Source: Verrucomicrobiia bacterium (lineage in GTDB: Bacteria; Verrucomicrobiota; Verrucomicrobiia; Palsa-1439). From it: 56,662 nucleotides of DNA. Below, piece after piece: positions 56,218 through 56,662 of this stretch. Where the stretch lies: contig JBEKUF010000003.1 in the NCBI GenBank assembly GCA_049515295.1, forward strand, positions 1 through 56,662, written 5' to 3'. The number at the start of each line of letters is the position of its first letter. Position 1 is the stretch's first letter. A program made the position numbers and the translations under genes. The notes beneath the pieces were generated by a model that saw only the letters and a program-made list of their open reading frames with translations, did not search any database and had not been told where the DNA came from.

Positions 56218-56662
56218 TCAAGCGGCGTTGCGGTGATAGAAGTTGAGTAACCCGCCGAGGCGTTCCGTCTTCACCACAGCCCCTTCTTGCTGAAAGAGAC
56301 AAGCGCCGGGAAACGGAATGGCATTCTCGATACCCTGATGATTGCGTTCGGCGTGATAGTGCGCCAAGTACTCCCGGATCACATACTGCAAGGAGTTTTC
56401 GCCGAAGAGGACGAACTGCTCCACGCATTCCATCTTGATGATCTTCACGAACCGTTCCGCAAACGCATTCAAGTTCGGGGAATATGGCGGAAGTTTCACG
56501 ACGGCGATACCGGCGGCGTTCAGAATCCCGTCGAAAGATCGAGTGTATTTCGCATCGCGGTCATGGATCAGGTAATGCGCTCCGCCAGGTTCCCCCTCCC
56601 AGCCGGTCACATTTCGTGCGGTCTGCTTCATCCACTCCTCGTTCGGATTCTGGCCCATTCCC
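56218..56662 (-). mobile_element. transposase, rve (DDE integrase-core) C-terminal part; gene starts beyond the right edge
   Basis: ...YLIHDRDAKYTRSFDGILNAAGIAVVKLPPYSPNLNAFAERFVKIIKMECV...YLAHYHAERNHQGIEN, typical of IS481/IS3-like integrase-core transposases. Confidence 0.8.

Overview
This is a 56.7-kb high-GC bacterial chromosomal window. Hand counts of a few 60-nt lines give about 60% GC in core genes. It probably comes from a PVC-group or Verrucomicrobiota-like organism; that is an inference from protein repertoire and repeat style and is not verified.

The backbone is housekeeping: purH, lepB, purM, purF, purL, smc, a family-4 UDG, an IMPase, pilT with a divergent exeA/gspB-like pair, smpB, rpoZ, groES-groEL, dnaK, pdxB, a PpiD-like chaperone, an ADH, a tandem USP, tRNA-Val and tRNA-Asp. 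There are also two ECF sigma/anti-sigma/receiver modules.

Four accessory pieces are embedded in this backbone:
(i) An Mrr_N-like wHTH plus PD-(D/E)xK-like gene sits between purM and purF.
(ii) An MNT-HEPN toxin-antitoxin cassette, bracketed by 37-bp direct repeats, sits just upstream of smc.
(iii) A repeat-dense region at 26.9-31.8 kb carries a secreted beta-propeller gene bracketed by ~190-250-bp direct repeats, plus a low-GC stand-alone SIR2-like gene.
(iv) The most striking piece is the 48.0-56.7 kb region downstream of tRNA-Asp. About nine small unrelated genes lie there: two Flp pilin paralogues, a receiver, membrane proteins, a HEAT protein, a DUF3303 protein, a sulfotransferase and a second rpoZ. 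Each is separated from the next by one copy of a co-oriented G-rich element. The region ends in three gene-less ~185-nt structured units and a truncated rve-type transposase at the window edge.

I cannot assign this repeat system to any family I know. Many long ORFs in the six-frame track are antisense shadows of real genes or translations of repeats, and I did not call them.
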